This document shows, piece after piece, positions 18,463-28,761 of a DNA stretch of 57,600 nt. The DNA comes from Promethearchaeota archaeon. GTDB taxonomy: Archaea; Asgardarchaeota; Lokiarchaeia; Sigyniarchaeales; SOKP01. The position numbers were made by a program, and so were the translations under genes. The stretch covers positions 1-57,600 of the forward strand of contig JABXKD010000009.1 of assembly GCA_013375475.1 (NCBI GenBank), given 5' to 3'. Within the stretch, counting starts at the first letter, position 1. Every line of letters begins with the position of its first letter. The notes under the pieces are model-generated. The model worked only from the letters and a program-made list of their open reading frames with translations, made no database searches and was not told where the DNA came from.

Positions 18463-19011
18463 GTGTTAAAAATGACAGATCGTGAAGGCGCGTTTAAATT
18501 ATGCATTTTTGGAGATGGAGGTGTAGGGAAAACTACTCTAGTTAATAGATATCTCACAAAAATATTTGACGAAGACATAAAAATGACTGTTGGTGCTGAT
18601 TTTTATGTTAAAGACTTAGAAATTGATGGAAAGAAAATTGTCGTTCGAATTTGGGATTTTGGGGGAGAACAACGCTTTAAAGTGCTATTACCTAGCTTTG
18701 CTAAAGGTGCTGATGGGGGAATATTTATGTTTGATATAACTCGATATACAAGTGTAAAAAACATAGATGATTGGCTTTCAATTTTTGAGAAAAATGTTAG
18801 GGAAGCAGAATTAAATTTGCCAATTATTATGGTGGGAGGAAAACTAGATCTCCAAGAAAAACGATCTGTGGAAACCGAGGACGCTGTTGAATTGTCTGAA
18901 AAATATAATTTACAGGGTTATTTTGAATGCTCTTCCAAAACTGGTGATAAGGTAGAAGATATATTTGAATATATAACTCGAAAAATGATGAAATCTACAG
19001 GATTGCTATAA
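18463..19011 (+). CDS. Rab/Ras-like small GTPase (Asgard eukaryotic-signature type)
   Basis: GDGGVGKTT (G1), TVGADF (G2), WDFGG (G3), GKLD (G4 variant), CSSK (G5); start may be ATG 18472. Confidence 0.92.
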   Translation: MLKMTDREGAFKLCIFGDGGVGKTTLVNRYLTKIFDEDIKMTVGADFYVKDLEIDGKKIVVRIWDFGGEQRFKVLLPSFAKGADGGIFMFDITRYTSVKNIDDWLSIFEKNVREAELNLPIIMVGGKLDLQEKRSVETEDAVELSEKYNLQGYFECSSKTGDKVEDIFEYITRKMMKSTGLL

Positions 19012-19045
19012 ACTCCAATATTTCATTTCAGGATAAATCTTTTTG

Positions 19046-19654
19046 TTAAAAATGCTTATATAGCATATAAGAGGAAATTATCCACACCCATAGCATTATT
19101 GATAAAGTCATAATCCATTGTGTTATCGGGGTAAGAAAAGTCAAGTGTAATAAGAAAGTTCCTGCAACTATAAATCCAAAAAATGCAATTGACTTTGGAT
19201 ATCTCACATCTTTAAACATTAGAATACTAACAAGGCTTATGAAGATCAAACCATCAACCCAGCATAGAAATGCGCTTAAACCGTGGATAAAAGAAACCAC
19301 AGCATCGCTTCCCCAAAAATAACCAATAAGCATTAACGAAACACAATAAATTATGGATCCTATTACTGTCAATTTTCGAAGGGGTTCTATTGTGTCTTCC
19401 TTATTAAAGGATCTTCCCAAAAAAAGGCAGAACGGTATGCCTATTATCCCTGTTAAAATTAATCCAATACGATAAATTATTCCCCCATATCCATCGCCTA
19501 GAAAACTTATCGCTATTTTGGTCATATTGTAGTTAGGATACAACAGAACTCCTATTAAATGGGTGAATAGACTTATCCCAAAAGAAATTAATCCAAAAAC
19601 ACTTCCAGGAAACAGATTATTAAGTTTATTGAAAAAGGAGAACTTTTTTTTCAT
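19046..19654 (-). CDS. DUF998-like integral membrane protein
   Basis: About 6 hydrophobic helices; YP.Y....AISFLG and a conserved-looking His (FIHG). Confidence 0.6.
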   Translation of the reverse strand: MKKKFSFFNKLNNLFPGSVFGLISFGISLFTHLIGVLLYPNYNMTKIAISFLGDGYGGIIYRIGLILTGIIGIPFCLFLGRSFNKEDTIEPLRKLTVIGSIIYCVSLMLIGYFWGSDAVVSFIHGLSAFLCWVDGLIFISLVSILMFKDVRYPKSIAFFGFIVAGTFLLHLTFLTPITQWIMTLSIMLWVWIISSYMLYKHF

Positions 19655-19694
19655 AATAAATTATTTAAAAAAGAAGTTGGATTATAGTTTTTCA

Positions 19695-20231
19695 TCACTC
19701 CGATGTTCTCTTAATAACTTTAACTAAGCCTTTGTTCCTTAATTTCTCTAACATATTTTCGATTTTATCGACAGGTTTCTGCGTTATCTCAGCACATTGT
19801 TCTACTGAATTCATTCCATCGCAGACCGTTAAAAGTTTAAATTCATCCATAGATATCATTCCTAGTTGAACGCTCATAGGTTGTACTTCCTTTACTACAA
19901 TTGGGATTTTCACTTCTCCCCCTGGTTCGACGCTAGGCCCTCCAACATCGCTCATACTTGGTGAATCTCCAAAAAAAGATCTTACGCCCGTAATGTCGTA
20001 ATTTTCGTCTATGTATATGTAAACTGTATGTTCTTGACTTGAAACATCATCAACATCTTCAGTATCAGGAAAAGGATTTACATGTTTATATTCTTTCGTG
20101 TAAATCCCCATTTTTAATCCCGCCTTGATTTCGTCCTTATCTACCCTAATATTGACCATTTCGGTACATATTTCGCACCAAGCCCATGCCTCTATTAAGC
20201 TAAAATATTTCTTCACTTTATTTTCTGGCAT
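19695..20231 (-). CDS. Hypothetical protein: N-terminal CxxC/His putative Zn domain plus C-terminal winged helix
   Basis: WCEIC...YKH...EHTVYIYID; C-terminal CDGMNSVEQCAE..IENMLEKLRNKGLV. Confidence 0.7.
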   Translation of the reverse strand: MPENKVKKYFSLIEAWAWCEICTEMVNIRVDKDEIKAGLKMGIYTKEYKHVNPFPDTEDVDDVSSQEHTVYIYIDENYDITGVRSFFGDSPSMSDVGGPSVEPGGEVKIPIVVKEVQPMSVQLGMISMDEFKLLTVCDGMNSVEQCAEITQKPVDKIENMLEKLRNKGLVKVIKRTSE

Positions 20232-20422
20232 CGTATTATTTAAAAAGAATAACTTTTGTATAAAATAAAATAAGCTTTATAATTATTATGTTGTGAATTA
20301 ATATAAATATTGATTACGAATATTTCTGGGTAAATCTAGAATAAAATTAGTTTTTAAAATCGAAAATAATTAAAGTTATATGATATTTTATTATCCATTA
20401 CAGTTAACTAAGACTACTAATA

Positions 20423-20605
20423 ATGACGATGTCAAGTTATAAAAAAAACATGTGTTTCTCTTGTGGACGACCTATAGCCCCCTATGAAGCTGCAGTTCAT
20501 TTTCCTTGTCCTCAGTGTGGCGATGTTACTATTTGGAGATGTGAACGTTGCAGAACTATGGGAAACACTTATAAATGTCTTCGTTGCGAATTTGAAGGCC
20601 CTTAA
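20423..20605 (+). CDS. Archaeal double zinc-finger small protein (DUF1610 / HVO_2753-like)
   Basis: CFSCG..FPCPQCG..IWRCERCR..YKCLRCEFEGP; typical position upstream of EF-1beta. Confidence 0.9.
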   Translation: MTMSSYKKNMCFSCGRPIAPYEAAVHFPCPQCGDVTIWRCERCRTMGNTYKCLRCEFEGP

Positions 20606-20631
20606 ATAAAACTTAAAAGAGTGTATCTAAA

Positions 20632-20898
20632 ATGGGAGAATTTGTAGCATTAATTGATGTAGTTCCAGAAGACATTGATGTAGATTTCGAAGAATTTGTA
20701 TCAAAATTGAAAACTGCACTTCCGGATGATGCCGTTATTGAAAACTACGATATAAGACCTGTAGCATTTGGTTTGAAAAAAGCAAGATTACGGGTTAGAT
20801 ACCCTGAAGAATGGGGGGGCACCGATAGGATTGAAGAATTACTTGGACAAGTAGACGGTATCCAAGGTATTGAAGGAATCGCATTCAGCAAAGCGTGA
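20632..20898 (+). CDS. ef1b: Translation elongation factor 1-beta
   Basis: VVPEDIDVD, PVAFGLK and GGTD motifs; 88 aa. Confidence 0.92.
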   Translation: MGEFVALIDVVPEDIDVDFEEFVSKLKTALPDDAVIENYDIRPVAFGLKKARLRVRYPEEWGGTDRIEELLGQVDGIQGIEGIAFSKA

Positions 20899-20948
20899 TA
20901 TTCTAACCAAATATTCTAAAAAGATTAATTTTGAGTTTTTTTGCTCAT

Positions 20949-22859
20949 TCATACTATTCTTTTAAAAAGCTTATCTAACTCTTTAAATGAGAAAAATTTA
21001 AGCGTTGGTCTTCCATGTGCACAATGGAACGAATCCTTACAGTTTGCTAAATCAATAATTAACTTTCTGATGGATTGTAACGACATGTCATCTCCTCCTC
21101 GAATACTTTTATGGCATGCTAAATAGTTTATGATTTCTTCCAATTTATCTGAAAAGCTCCTATCCTTTCCAATATCGGTTATATCACTGATGATTTCATT
21201 TATAATATGTAAATTTGGAGTTCTTCCCATTACTATTGGAACTGCTCTTAACACGAATGTATTTCCTCCGAAATGCTCAAAATCAAATCCTAACTTAGCA
21301 ATCTCTTTAATATTGCTTTCTAAGAAGAATTTCTCGCTTGGACTGACCTCGATTTTAAGAGGAGTAATTAATTTTTGTTTACTCTTTCTAGAATTCTTAT
21401 AAAAATTATAAAAAAATTCCTTACTAACGCGTTCTGAAGCAGCGTGCTGATCTAATATGTAAAAGCCTTCCTCGCTATTTTCATTAATCCCTTCCAGAAT
21501 TATATATGTTTTGTTACTTAATTGACCCGTTCGAGATATTAATCGTAATCTAGGGAAATTCTTTATATCGATGTAATTTCCTCTTAAAACTGAATCTACC
21601 GAAGAGAATTTTTCGATTCCATTGCCTATATCGCTGTTAGTTAAATTTAATTGAACTTCTTTTTCTAACACTTCTTTCTCTAGTATTGGAGATTGATTAG
21701 TACTAACTTTTTCTTCCGGTTGAATTGTTTCATAATGATCTTCAATATATAATTCAGTGGTATTTATTGAACTTGTAGACTCTTTGTTCAATTCTTGCTT
21801 ATCTTTACCGGATATAGGTGATGTATACTTGCTGATTTCTGAATAATTGTAAGTATCTTCCTTTTCTATAAATTTATCTTCAACAAATTTGCGAACAATG
21901 TTATAAACTTTATTGTATATGTATTCTTCGTTTTCAAACCGAACATGCAACTTTTTTGGATGAACATTAAAATCAATTATAGAAGGGTCAATTTCTAGAT
22001 TTATAATGAAGAATGGAAATTTTCCCGTCATTAAGGTTCCTTTATACGCTTCTTGAACAGCCCTAAATATAAGGTCACTTATTACATAACGTTTATTTAA
22101 TAGGAAGCTTGAATCTGTTCTGTTATTTTTAGAAATCTCACTATGGCCCATTAATCCATAAAGGTTAAACTTTTCTTCCTTGTGATTAATAGATTCCATC
22201 AGATTTGCTATTTTCTTACCATAAATATGAAAAACTGTTGTCTTTAAATCATTTAAAGCGGGGCAAGTAAGAATGGATAAATTATTATGCGTGTAAATGA
22301 AATGAAGTTGAGGATATGCCAAAGCATATCGTTGGATGATGTCAGTGATGTGACCTAGCTCAGTAGAGTCTTTTTTTAAAAACTTTAATCTTACAGGGAT
22401 GTTATAGAATAAACTCTTAACTTTAATGTCCGTTCCAATTGAGCAAAAAACCTCTTCTTTCTCAATAATTTTGCCATCCTTCAGTACTAACTTCACTCCT
22501 CTTTCCCTTTCTTTAATTCTTGAAGCTATTTCAACTTGGCTCACTACAGCAATACTAGCTAAAGCTTCACCTCTAAAACCTAAAGTAGATAATCGTTCTA
22601 AATCTTCAATGTTCACTATCTTGCTACTAGTATGGCGCTCAAACGCTATTTCAATCTCCTCAGGTGGGATACCTATCCCATTATCAATAATCTGGATTAA
22701 ATTTTTTCCTGCTTTTTTGATTATTACACGTATCTCTTTCGCTCCCGCATCTATACTATTTTCAATTAATTCCTTTACGATGTTTGCCGGTCTTTCGACT
22801 ACCTCTCCAGCGGCTATCTTTTCTGCATCAATAATTTTCTTTATTTTACTTCTTTTCAT
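20949..22859 (-). CDS. mutL: DNA mismatch repair endonuclease MutL
   Basis: IAAGEVVERP, KELIENSIDAG, LGFRGEAL; endonuclease motifs DQHAASER, ACH, CAHGRP. Confidence 0.97.
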   Translation of the reverse strand: MKRSKIKKIIDAEKIAAGEVVERPANIVKELIENSIDAGAKEIRVIIKKAGKNLIQIIDNGIGIPPEEIEIAFERHTSSKIVNIEDLERLSTLGFRGEALASIAVVSQVEIASRIKERERGVKLVLKDGKIIEKEEVFCSIGTDIKVKSLFYNIPVRLKFLKKDSTELGHITDIIQRYALAYPQLHFIYTHNNLSILTCPALNDLKTTVFHIYGKKIANLMESINHKEEKFNLYGLMGHSEISKNNRTDSSFLLNKRYVISDLIFRAVQEAYKGTLMTGKFPFFIINLEIDPSIIDFNVHPKKLHVRFENEEYIYNKVYNIVRKFVEDKFIEKEDTYNYSEISKYTSPISGKDKQELNKESTSSINTTELYIEDHYETIQPEEKVSTNQSPILEKEVLEKEVQLNLTNSDIGNGIEKFSSVDSVLRGNYIDIKNFPRLRLISRTGQLSNKTYIILEGINENSEEGFYILDQHAASERVSKEFFYNFYKNSRKSKQKLITPLKIEVSPSEKFFLESNIKEIAKLGFDFEHFGGNTFVLRAVPIVMGRTPNLHIINEIISDITDIGKDRSFSDKLEEIINYLACHKSIRGGDDMSLQSIRKLIIDLANCKDSFHCAHGRPTLKFFSFKELDKLFKRIV

Positions 22860-23061
22860 CCTATTCCTAATCCATCGCTATTTAAATTAATTTGAAAAGG
22901 CTTATATGGATCATATAATCATCAAATATAAAATAAAACTCTATTAAGATTTAAATAAATACCATTTAATAAAAGAAATAGGGGCTACAACAAAATTCTT
23001 ATAAATTTCAATTAATACTTAAAACTATCCATATCAAATAAATAAAATTTTTAACATTATC

Positions 23062-23982
23062 ATGGATGAAGAAGTGCACTATACCGTTCATACAAACATG
23101 GTTTATCTTCTAATAGCCACAGCTATAGTTCTATTCATTAGCAGAATCGTAGTTAATATACTCGACCTACCGTTATTTTTAGATGGATCCAGAGATGTGG
23201 ATTTTAGAATACTTTTACTTGGATTAGAGAATGGTTTAATTGACTTTTACGATCCGGTTTTCGTACCAGAAGGAGTGCCTGATTGGCCACCATATTACCT
23301 CTACTTTTGGTATTTCATTTTTTATCCAATGGGACTGATTCCTTTCGAAATTGGTGTGTATGTATGGGATATATTACGGTTAATAATCTCTAGTTATATA
23401 GTTCTCAAAGCATTTAAAATAATCAAAAATAGAACAAATTTGCTGTGGTTTTACTTCACTGTACTCGTTGGTTTTATAATAGATGGGTGGTATAATAATT
23501 GTAACTTCTTACTCATATTCTTCTTACTCTTGTCTTACACATCTTTAGAAAATGATAAAAAGTGGGTGTCAGGGATATTCTTTGCCCTCTCTACTATAAA
23601 AATAAATTCTGTTCTATTCATCCCCGTTTTACTACTTACCAAGAAAATCAAATTCAAAGATTTAATTTATTACATAGTTCCTTTCGCTGCTTTATGTTTA
23701 CCATACATTATTTTTCCTGATTATCTCTTTCAAATGCTTAATAATTGGTCCAATAGTACTCCTGGTATTCAAGGCCTTACACCCCTTGATCCAATAATAT
23801 GGAAAGCAGTCCAACCTTCTCACTTAATGTTTTTGGGATTTATGCTTATAATAGTATTTGAGCATCTTATGCAATATGAGAAAGGGCAAAAATTCAGGAC
23901 AATAGTTGTATCAGTCCTAATATTCTTCTATATCTATATCAGTATTACAGTCTGGATTTTACCTATGATCTTTATTTATTAA
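23062..23982 (+). CDS. Polytopic membrane protein, GT87/DUF2029-like (GT-C) glycosyltransferase
   Basis: N-terminal helix followed by DVDF, PPYYLY...FYP, NNCN, G...ALSTIK pattern; many TM helices. Confidence 0.65.
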   Translation: MDEEVHYTVHTNMVYLLIATAIVLFISRIVVNILDLPLFLDGSRDVDFRILLLGLENGLIDFYDPVFVPEGVPDWPPYYLYFWYFIFYPMGLIPFEIGVYVWDILRLIISSYIVLKAFKIIKNRTNLLWFYFTVLVGFIIDGWYNNCNFLLIFFLLLSYTSLENDKKWVSGIFFALSTIKINSVLFIPVLLLTKKIKFKDLIYYIVPFAALCLPYIIFPDYLFQMLNNWSNSTPGIQGLTPLDPIIWKAVQPSHLMFLGFMLIIVFEHLMQYEKGQKFRTIVVSVLIFFYIYISITVWILPMIFIY

Positions 23983-26893
23983 TGTTTGATAATTTCTCTT
24001 TTATTAATATAAGCTTCTTCATCGCTTCAATGGGAGTTAGTAAGTTGATATCAATCTCAGAAATAACTTCAACTAACTCTCTAAAGTATTCGTCATCAAC
24101 CGTTTCTTTCACGATTGTGGGTTTAAAAAAAGTAGTTTGGACGTATTTCTTTTCCTTTGTGCTGCTTGAATGTGATATTCTATTGCTACTCGCTTGAGAG
24201 TTGATTATTTTTTCATCTTCAAAGGATTTTTCAACTAAGGCTTTTTTAACCTTGATTAATTCTTCCTCAAATCGATTTAACTCTTTTTTTTTCACTTCTA
24301 AATTTGAATTTACTCTATCCAGCGCTATTTTTTTCTCTTGGAGTATTTTATCGTGATACTTCCCATGTAACAATCCATTACCGTTTTCTTTTACTGTAGC
24401 TTTGAAAGGATCTTTTTCCTCAATTTCATCTAAGATTTCAAATGCTCTAATGATAACATCATCTGGAATTCCTGCTAATTTAGCAACATGAATTCCATAA
24501 GATTTATCAGTGCTTCCCGGTTGTAATTTACGGATGAAATTAATGCTGCCATCGTCATTTTCAATAATATCAAGATGATAATTTTTAATTCGAGGTAAAT
24601 CTATTTCCGTTAATTGGTGGTAGTGAGTACTAAATAGTGTTTTTGCTTTTAATTCATGCAACTTTTCAAGAGTCGCTAAGGCGATACTTTGACCATCGCT
24701 GGTACTGGTCCCTCTTCCCAGTTCATCTATAATAATAAGGCTTTTCTCCGTAGCAAAATTCAAGATTTTTGCGGTTTCGGTCATTTCAATCATAAATGTG
24801 CTTAATTTTCTTGCTAAATCGTCAGAAGCACCAATTCGAGTAAATATGTTGTCAACTACGCCAAGAATTGCTGATTTTGCCGGTACAAAACAACCCATTT
24901 GAGCAATAATACAAATTAAAGCCACTTGTCGAAGATAAGTACTTTTTCCCGCCATATTTGGGCCTGTAATTATTAATACCTGCTCTTTATTGGTATCCAA
25001 ATAGCAATCATTAGGTATAAATCTTTCAGAGAGATTAATTTGCTCTACAACGGGATGTCTTCCCTCTTTTATTATAATTTTATCTTCAGAATTCATCTTA
25101 GGTCGACAGTAGTTATATTTCTCAGCAATTTCAGCAAAACAAGCTAATACATCAATATAAGCTATAGTTCTCGCAGTTTCTAGGATATCCAATGTCTTAC
25201 CTACGACTTTTTCTCGTATTGTACAAAAAATTTCGTATTCTATTTCATTTATTTGATCTTCGGCGTGTACTATCTTTTCTTCAAGTTTCTTAAGTTCGCC
25301 TGTAGTATATCTTTTTGCATTTTTTAGGGTTTGGCGTTCAATATATTCATTTGGGACTTTAGGTATCTCCTTTAATGTTCTTAGAGTAATTTGAATGTAA
25401 TAACCAAGGATGTTATTGTGTCCCACTTTCAAACCAGAATTTAAATTCCATCTCTTCTTCTGCGTTCTCTCATAATCAAGAAGATAACTTTTACCATTTT
25501 GAAGAACATCTCTTAAATCGTCGATCCTCTCATTAAAGCCCGATTTAATTAGATTACCCTCTTTTATCGTGGTTGGAGGATTTTCATTGATTGAAGCCTC
25601 AATTATGCTATGAATCTCTTTAAAATTATCGATTTTTTTATCGAAATCTGATATTTCTGGATTATTAGTGTCTTCTAATATTTTTTTAATTTTAGGTATC
25701 TTTTCTAAAGCATGTTTGATGTTAATTAAATCGCGAGCGTTGGAATTCCTAGAATAATTGATTCTGTTAATATATCTTTCCAGATCACCAATAACCTTTA
25801 ATTCTTCCCTTAACTCTGATCTTATGAAAACATCGTCTTTAAACTTATGAACAATATTAATTCTCTGGTTTATTTCATCTATATTCGTTAGTGGTTGGAG
25901 AATGATTTTTTTTAGTAATCGAGCTCCCATAGGGGTGTGCGTCTGATTAAATATGGAGTATAACGTTGTATCCTTCCCTTTTTCCCAGAGCGAATTGACC
26001 AATTCCAAATTTCTCTGTGTAACATAATCAATGTGTAGCACCTTTTCTTCTCGAATATAACTGATTTTGAATAGGTTGGGAAGTACATCTCTCTGGGTTT
26101 CTTTTAAAAATGCTAATAACCCTCCAGACGCTTGAACCGCTAATTTGTTTCTTTCTAAACCAAAGCTATTTAAATTGGAAATTTTAAAGTGTCTTTTAAT
26201 AAGATTACACGATTCATCGTAATCAAAAACTATATCGTCAAATGTTTTAATTAGGGCGTCATTCAAATCAGTTAATAACATAAAGAGACGCCCATCTGTT
26301 TTTATTTCAGTGGGTACGATTACTTCAACTGGATCATATTGTGAAAAAACGCTCAATAATTTTTCTAACGGATCTTGGTCGTTTTTTAAAAATTCTGTAG
26401 TAACAAATTCCCCTGTCGAGATATCCACGAAAGCTATGCCAAAACCTTTTCTCTCCTTGACAATTGAGCAAAGATAGTTGTTCTCGTTAGATTTCAACAT
26501 ATCTAATTCGGTAATAGTTCCGGGAGAAAGTATTTGGACGACTCCACGCTTAACTATCCTACCTTTTACAGTAGATGGATCCTCTAATTGATCAACAACG
26601 ACAACAGTCTGTCCTAAATTAACTAAATTTTTTAGGTAATTTCCTGCATGATGAGGAATTCCAGCAAGTGGGTATGCATCACTTCCTACTTTTCGTTTCG
26701 TTAGTGTAATCCCTAATAGTTTAGAAACCCTTACAGCATCGTCGTAAAAAAATTCATAAAAATCTCCCATCCTGTACGCAATAATATGGTCTGGGTATTT
26801 TGTTTTATGAGTCTCCTTTATGCTATACCAATGTTTCATCATAGGGGTTAAATCTTTGAATTTTCTATCTTCTCTCGAATCTTTATTAGACAT
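23972..26893 (-). CDS. mutS: DNA mismatch repair protein MutS (MutS1)
   Basis: TPMM, RMGDFYEFF, ITGPNMAGKST, STFMIEM, IIDELGRGTS, STHYH, SYGIHVA. Confidence 0.97.
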   Translation of the reverse strand: MSNKDSREDRKFKDLTPMMKHWYSIKETHKTKYPDHIIAYRMGDFYEFFYDDAVRVSKLLGITLTKRKVGSDAYPLAGIPHHAGNYLKNLVNLGQTVVVVDQLEDPSTVKGRIVKRGVVQILSPGTITELDMLKSNENNYLCSIVKERKGFGIAFVDISTGEFVTTEFLKNDQDPLEKLLSVFSQYDPVEVIVPTEIKTDGRLFMLLTDLNDALIKTFDDIVFDYDESCNLIKRHFKISNLNSFGLERNKLAVQASGGLLAFLKETQRDVLPNLFKISYIREEKVLHIDYVTQRNLELVNSLWEKGKDTTLYSIFNQTHTPMGARLLKKIILQPLTNIDEINQRINIVHKFKDDVFIRSELREELKVIGDLERYINRINYSRNSNARDLINIKHALEKIPKIKKILEDTNNPEISDFDKKIDNFKEIHSIIEASINENPPTTIKEGNLIKSGFNERIDDLRDVLQNGKSYLLDYERTQKKRWNLNSGLKVGHNNILGYYIQITLRTLKEIPKVPNEYIERQTLKNAKRYTTGELKKLEEKIVHAEDQINEIEYEIFCTIREKVVGKTLDILETARTIAYIDVLACFAEIAEKYNYCRPKMNSEDKIIIKEGRHPVVEQINLSERFIPNDCYLDTNKEQVLIITGPNMAGKSTYLRQVALICIIAQMGCFVPAKSAILGVVDNIFTRIGASDDLARKLSTFMIEMTETAKILNFATEKSLIIIDELGRGTSTSDGQSIALATLEKLHELKAKTLFSTHYHQLTEIDLPRIKNYHLDIIENDDGSINFIRKLQPGSTDKSYGIHVAKLAGIPDDVIIRAFEILDEIEEKDPFKATVKENGNGLLHGKYHDKILQEKKIALDRVNSNLEVKKKELNRFEEELIKVKKALVEKSFEDEKIINSQASSNRISHSSSTKEKKYVQTTFFKPTIVKETVDDEYFRELVEVISEIDINLLTPIEAMKKLILIKEKLSNINK

Positions 26894-27092
26894 TGTAAGA
26901 AAGGAATCAATTTTTAGAATTAAATATTACAAGACTATAAGTTTTTAAAAGAAATTTATAATTTTTATTAGAAAATTAATAATATATAGTTTTATTGAAT
27001 CAAATCCAAGTAATTCTCGAGCATTTCCCTAAAAATTTTTATTTCTTATAAAATGATAAAATATAAATTTGCTAAAATGAATTTGAGAAACT

Positions 27093-27878
27093 ATGAGCAA
27101 TCAAGAATTGATTTTATATGAAGTTAAGAACCGTGTTGCTACAATTACTATTAATCGATCAGAAAAAGCACACGCTTTCAATATCAGTATGCTCCAGATG
27201 ATGCACGGTAGGTTATTAGAAGCGGATGAGGATGAAGACGTAAAATGTATTTTAATCATGAGCACTGGACAGCGTTTTTTTTCAGCAGGTTATGACTTAA
27301 ATGAAATCCAAGGGGCCCCTGAAAAGATGTCTGAGACTAAAAAATGGGGTAGAAAAGTAAATGAAACAATGCTTATGATAAAAAAACCAATTATCACACA
27401 AATCAAGGGTATAGCCGTAGGTTTCGGAGTTTTGATGATCTTAGCATCTGACTTAAGAATTTTTGCGGAAAGACCAAAGGAGGAATTATATTTAAGGCTC
27501 CCAGAGATTGCAATTTCAGCCTTTCCACAAACAGGAGCAACACTTTTACCATTATTAAGTTTCGGGTTAACATACGCCAAAAATATGTTATTTACCGCCG
27601 ATAAGGCAGGATTAGAAGAGCTAAAAAATATTAATTTTCCAACGCGTATTTTTCCACTTGAATCCATCGATCTAGAAACAAGAAAGTTCCTAAAGGTATT
27701 AACCAAACACCAAACGGAATTCTTGTTCTTCATAAAATCCATGCTAGGAATTATGAACAAAGCTTACATTAAATCTTGCTTCGATTTAGAAGATGAATGT
27801 GGAAAAGCAGCTTATGAGAAAAAATCTATGAAGGAACTAGATGAATTTATTAAAGATTTATATAAAAAATATCCTTAA
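27093..27878 (+). CDS. Enoyl-CoA hydratase/isomerase (crotonase) family protein
   Basis: VATITINR, FFSAGYD, KKPII..IKGIAVGFG, LASDLR, LPE. Confidence 0.88.
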   Translation: MSNQELILYEVKNRVATITINRSEKAHAFNISMLQMMHGRLLEADEDEDVKCILIMSTGQRFFSAGYDLNEIQGAPEKMSETKKWGRKVNETMLMIKKPIITQIKGIAVGFGVLMILASDLRIFAERPKEELYLRLPEIAISAFPQTGATLLPLLSFGLTYAKNMLFTADKAGLEELKNINFPTRIFPLESIDLETRKFLKVLTKHQTEFLFFIKSMLGIMNKAYIKSCFDLEDECGKAAYEKKSMKELDEFIKDLYKKYP

Positions 27879-27909
27879 TTGGATATTGTCTTTTTCCATT
27901 TTATCAATT

Positions 27910-28761
27910 TTAATTTTTCTGATGTTTTTCTAGCCATATAAACATATCTTGAAAAACTTGTGCTCTGCTTTTTTCATTCCATAATTCATGCAGAAGTCCG
28001 TCATATTCTCTGTATGTCTTATCTTTAGATTTAATTTTTTCAAAGAATTCTTTAGTAGCTCCTTTATCAACTACTTTATCATTTCCCGCTTGCATAATCA
28101 ATGTTGGAGATAGTAGGTTATCAGCGTTTTCCATAGCCCATTTCATTGACCTTTCCATTTCAGCAGCGGATATTAAAGAAATCTTTTCGATTTTTTTATT
28201 ATCAGATATATGTTTACGTAAAATCTTAATATCGCTCGTTAAGAGATTTTGTTCTATTACCATATCTATTGTTTTGTTAGGGGAAATTTTAGAAATAGGT
28301 GCTGTAATTTTCTTACCCAATCTTTTACTTAAAGATAATTTTTTAGAATATCTCAACAACGGAGATGAAGCTATTACACCGCTTAAAGCTGGATGATTAA
28401 TTGCAAATATTAATGAAATCAAACCCCCGAATGATTGACCCATTATAAAAATCTTCTTATCATTCGCACTTTTTTTTATTAAATCTATAAATAATACTAT
28501 ATCTTTCTGAACATGATCCATACTATCTATATGTCCAGGGTTGTTGCCTGCATTCCTCCAATGACCTCTAATATCAAATGCATAAATAGCGTATCCCTTT
28601 TCCGTTAAATATGCTGCTGGAACCTCCATTCTATCGGAATGAGCCCCCCAACTATGTAAAGCTATAATATATGCTTTAATATTCCCAGAATTAGGTAACC
28701 AATATTGATAAAATAACCTTTTTGTCTCTCTTCCTTCAAAATACCCTTTTTCGTTAATCAT
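27910..28761 (-). CDS. Lysophospholipase/monoacylglycerol lipase-like alpha/beta hydrolase
   Basis: FDIRGH, GQSFGG nucleophile elbow, D..V, LLHEL. Confidence 0.88.
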   Translation of the reverse strand: MINEKGYFEGRETKRLFYQYWLPNSGNIKAYIIALHSWGAHSDRMEVPAAYLTEKGYAIYAFDIRGHWRNAGNNPGHIDSMDHVQKDIVLFIDLIKKSANDKKIFIMGQSFGGLISLIFAINHPALSGVIASSPLLRYSKKLSLSKRLGKKITAPISKISPNKTIDMVIEQNLLTSDIKILRKHISDNKKIEKISLISAAEMERSMKWAMENADNLLSPTLIMQAGNDKVVDKGATKEFFEKIKSKDKTYREYDGLLHELWNEKSRAQVFQDMFIWLEKHQKN

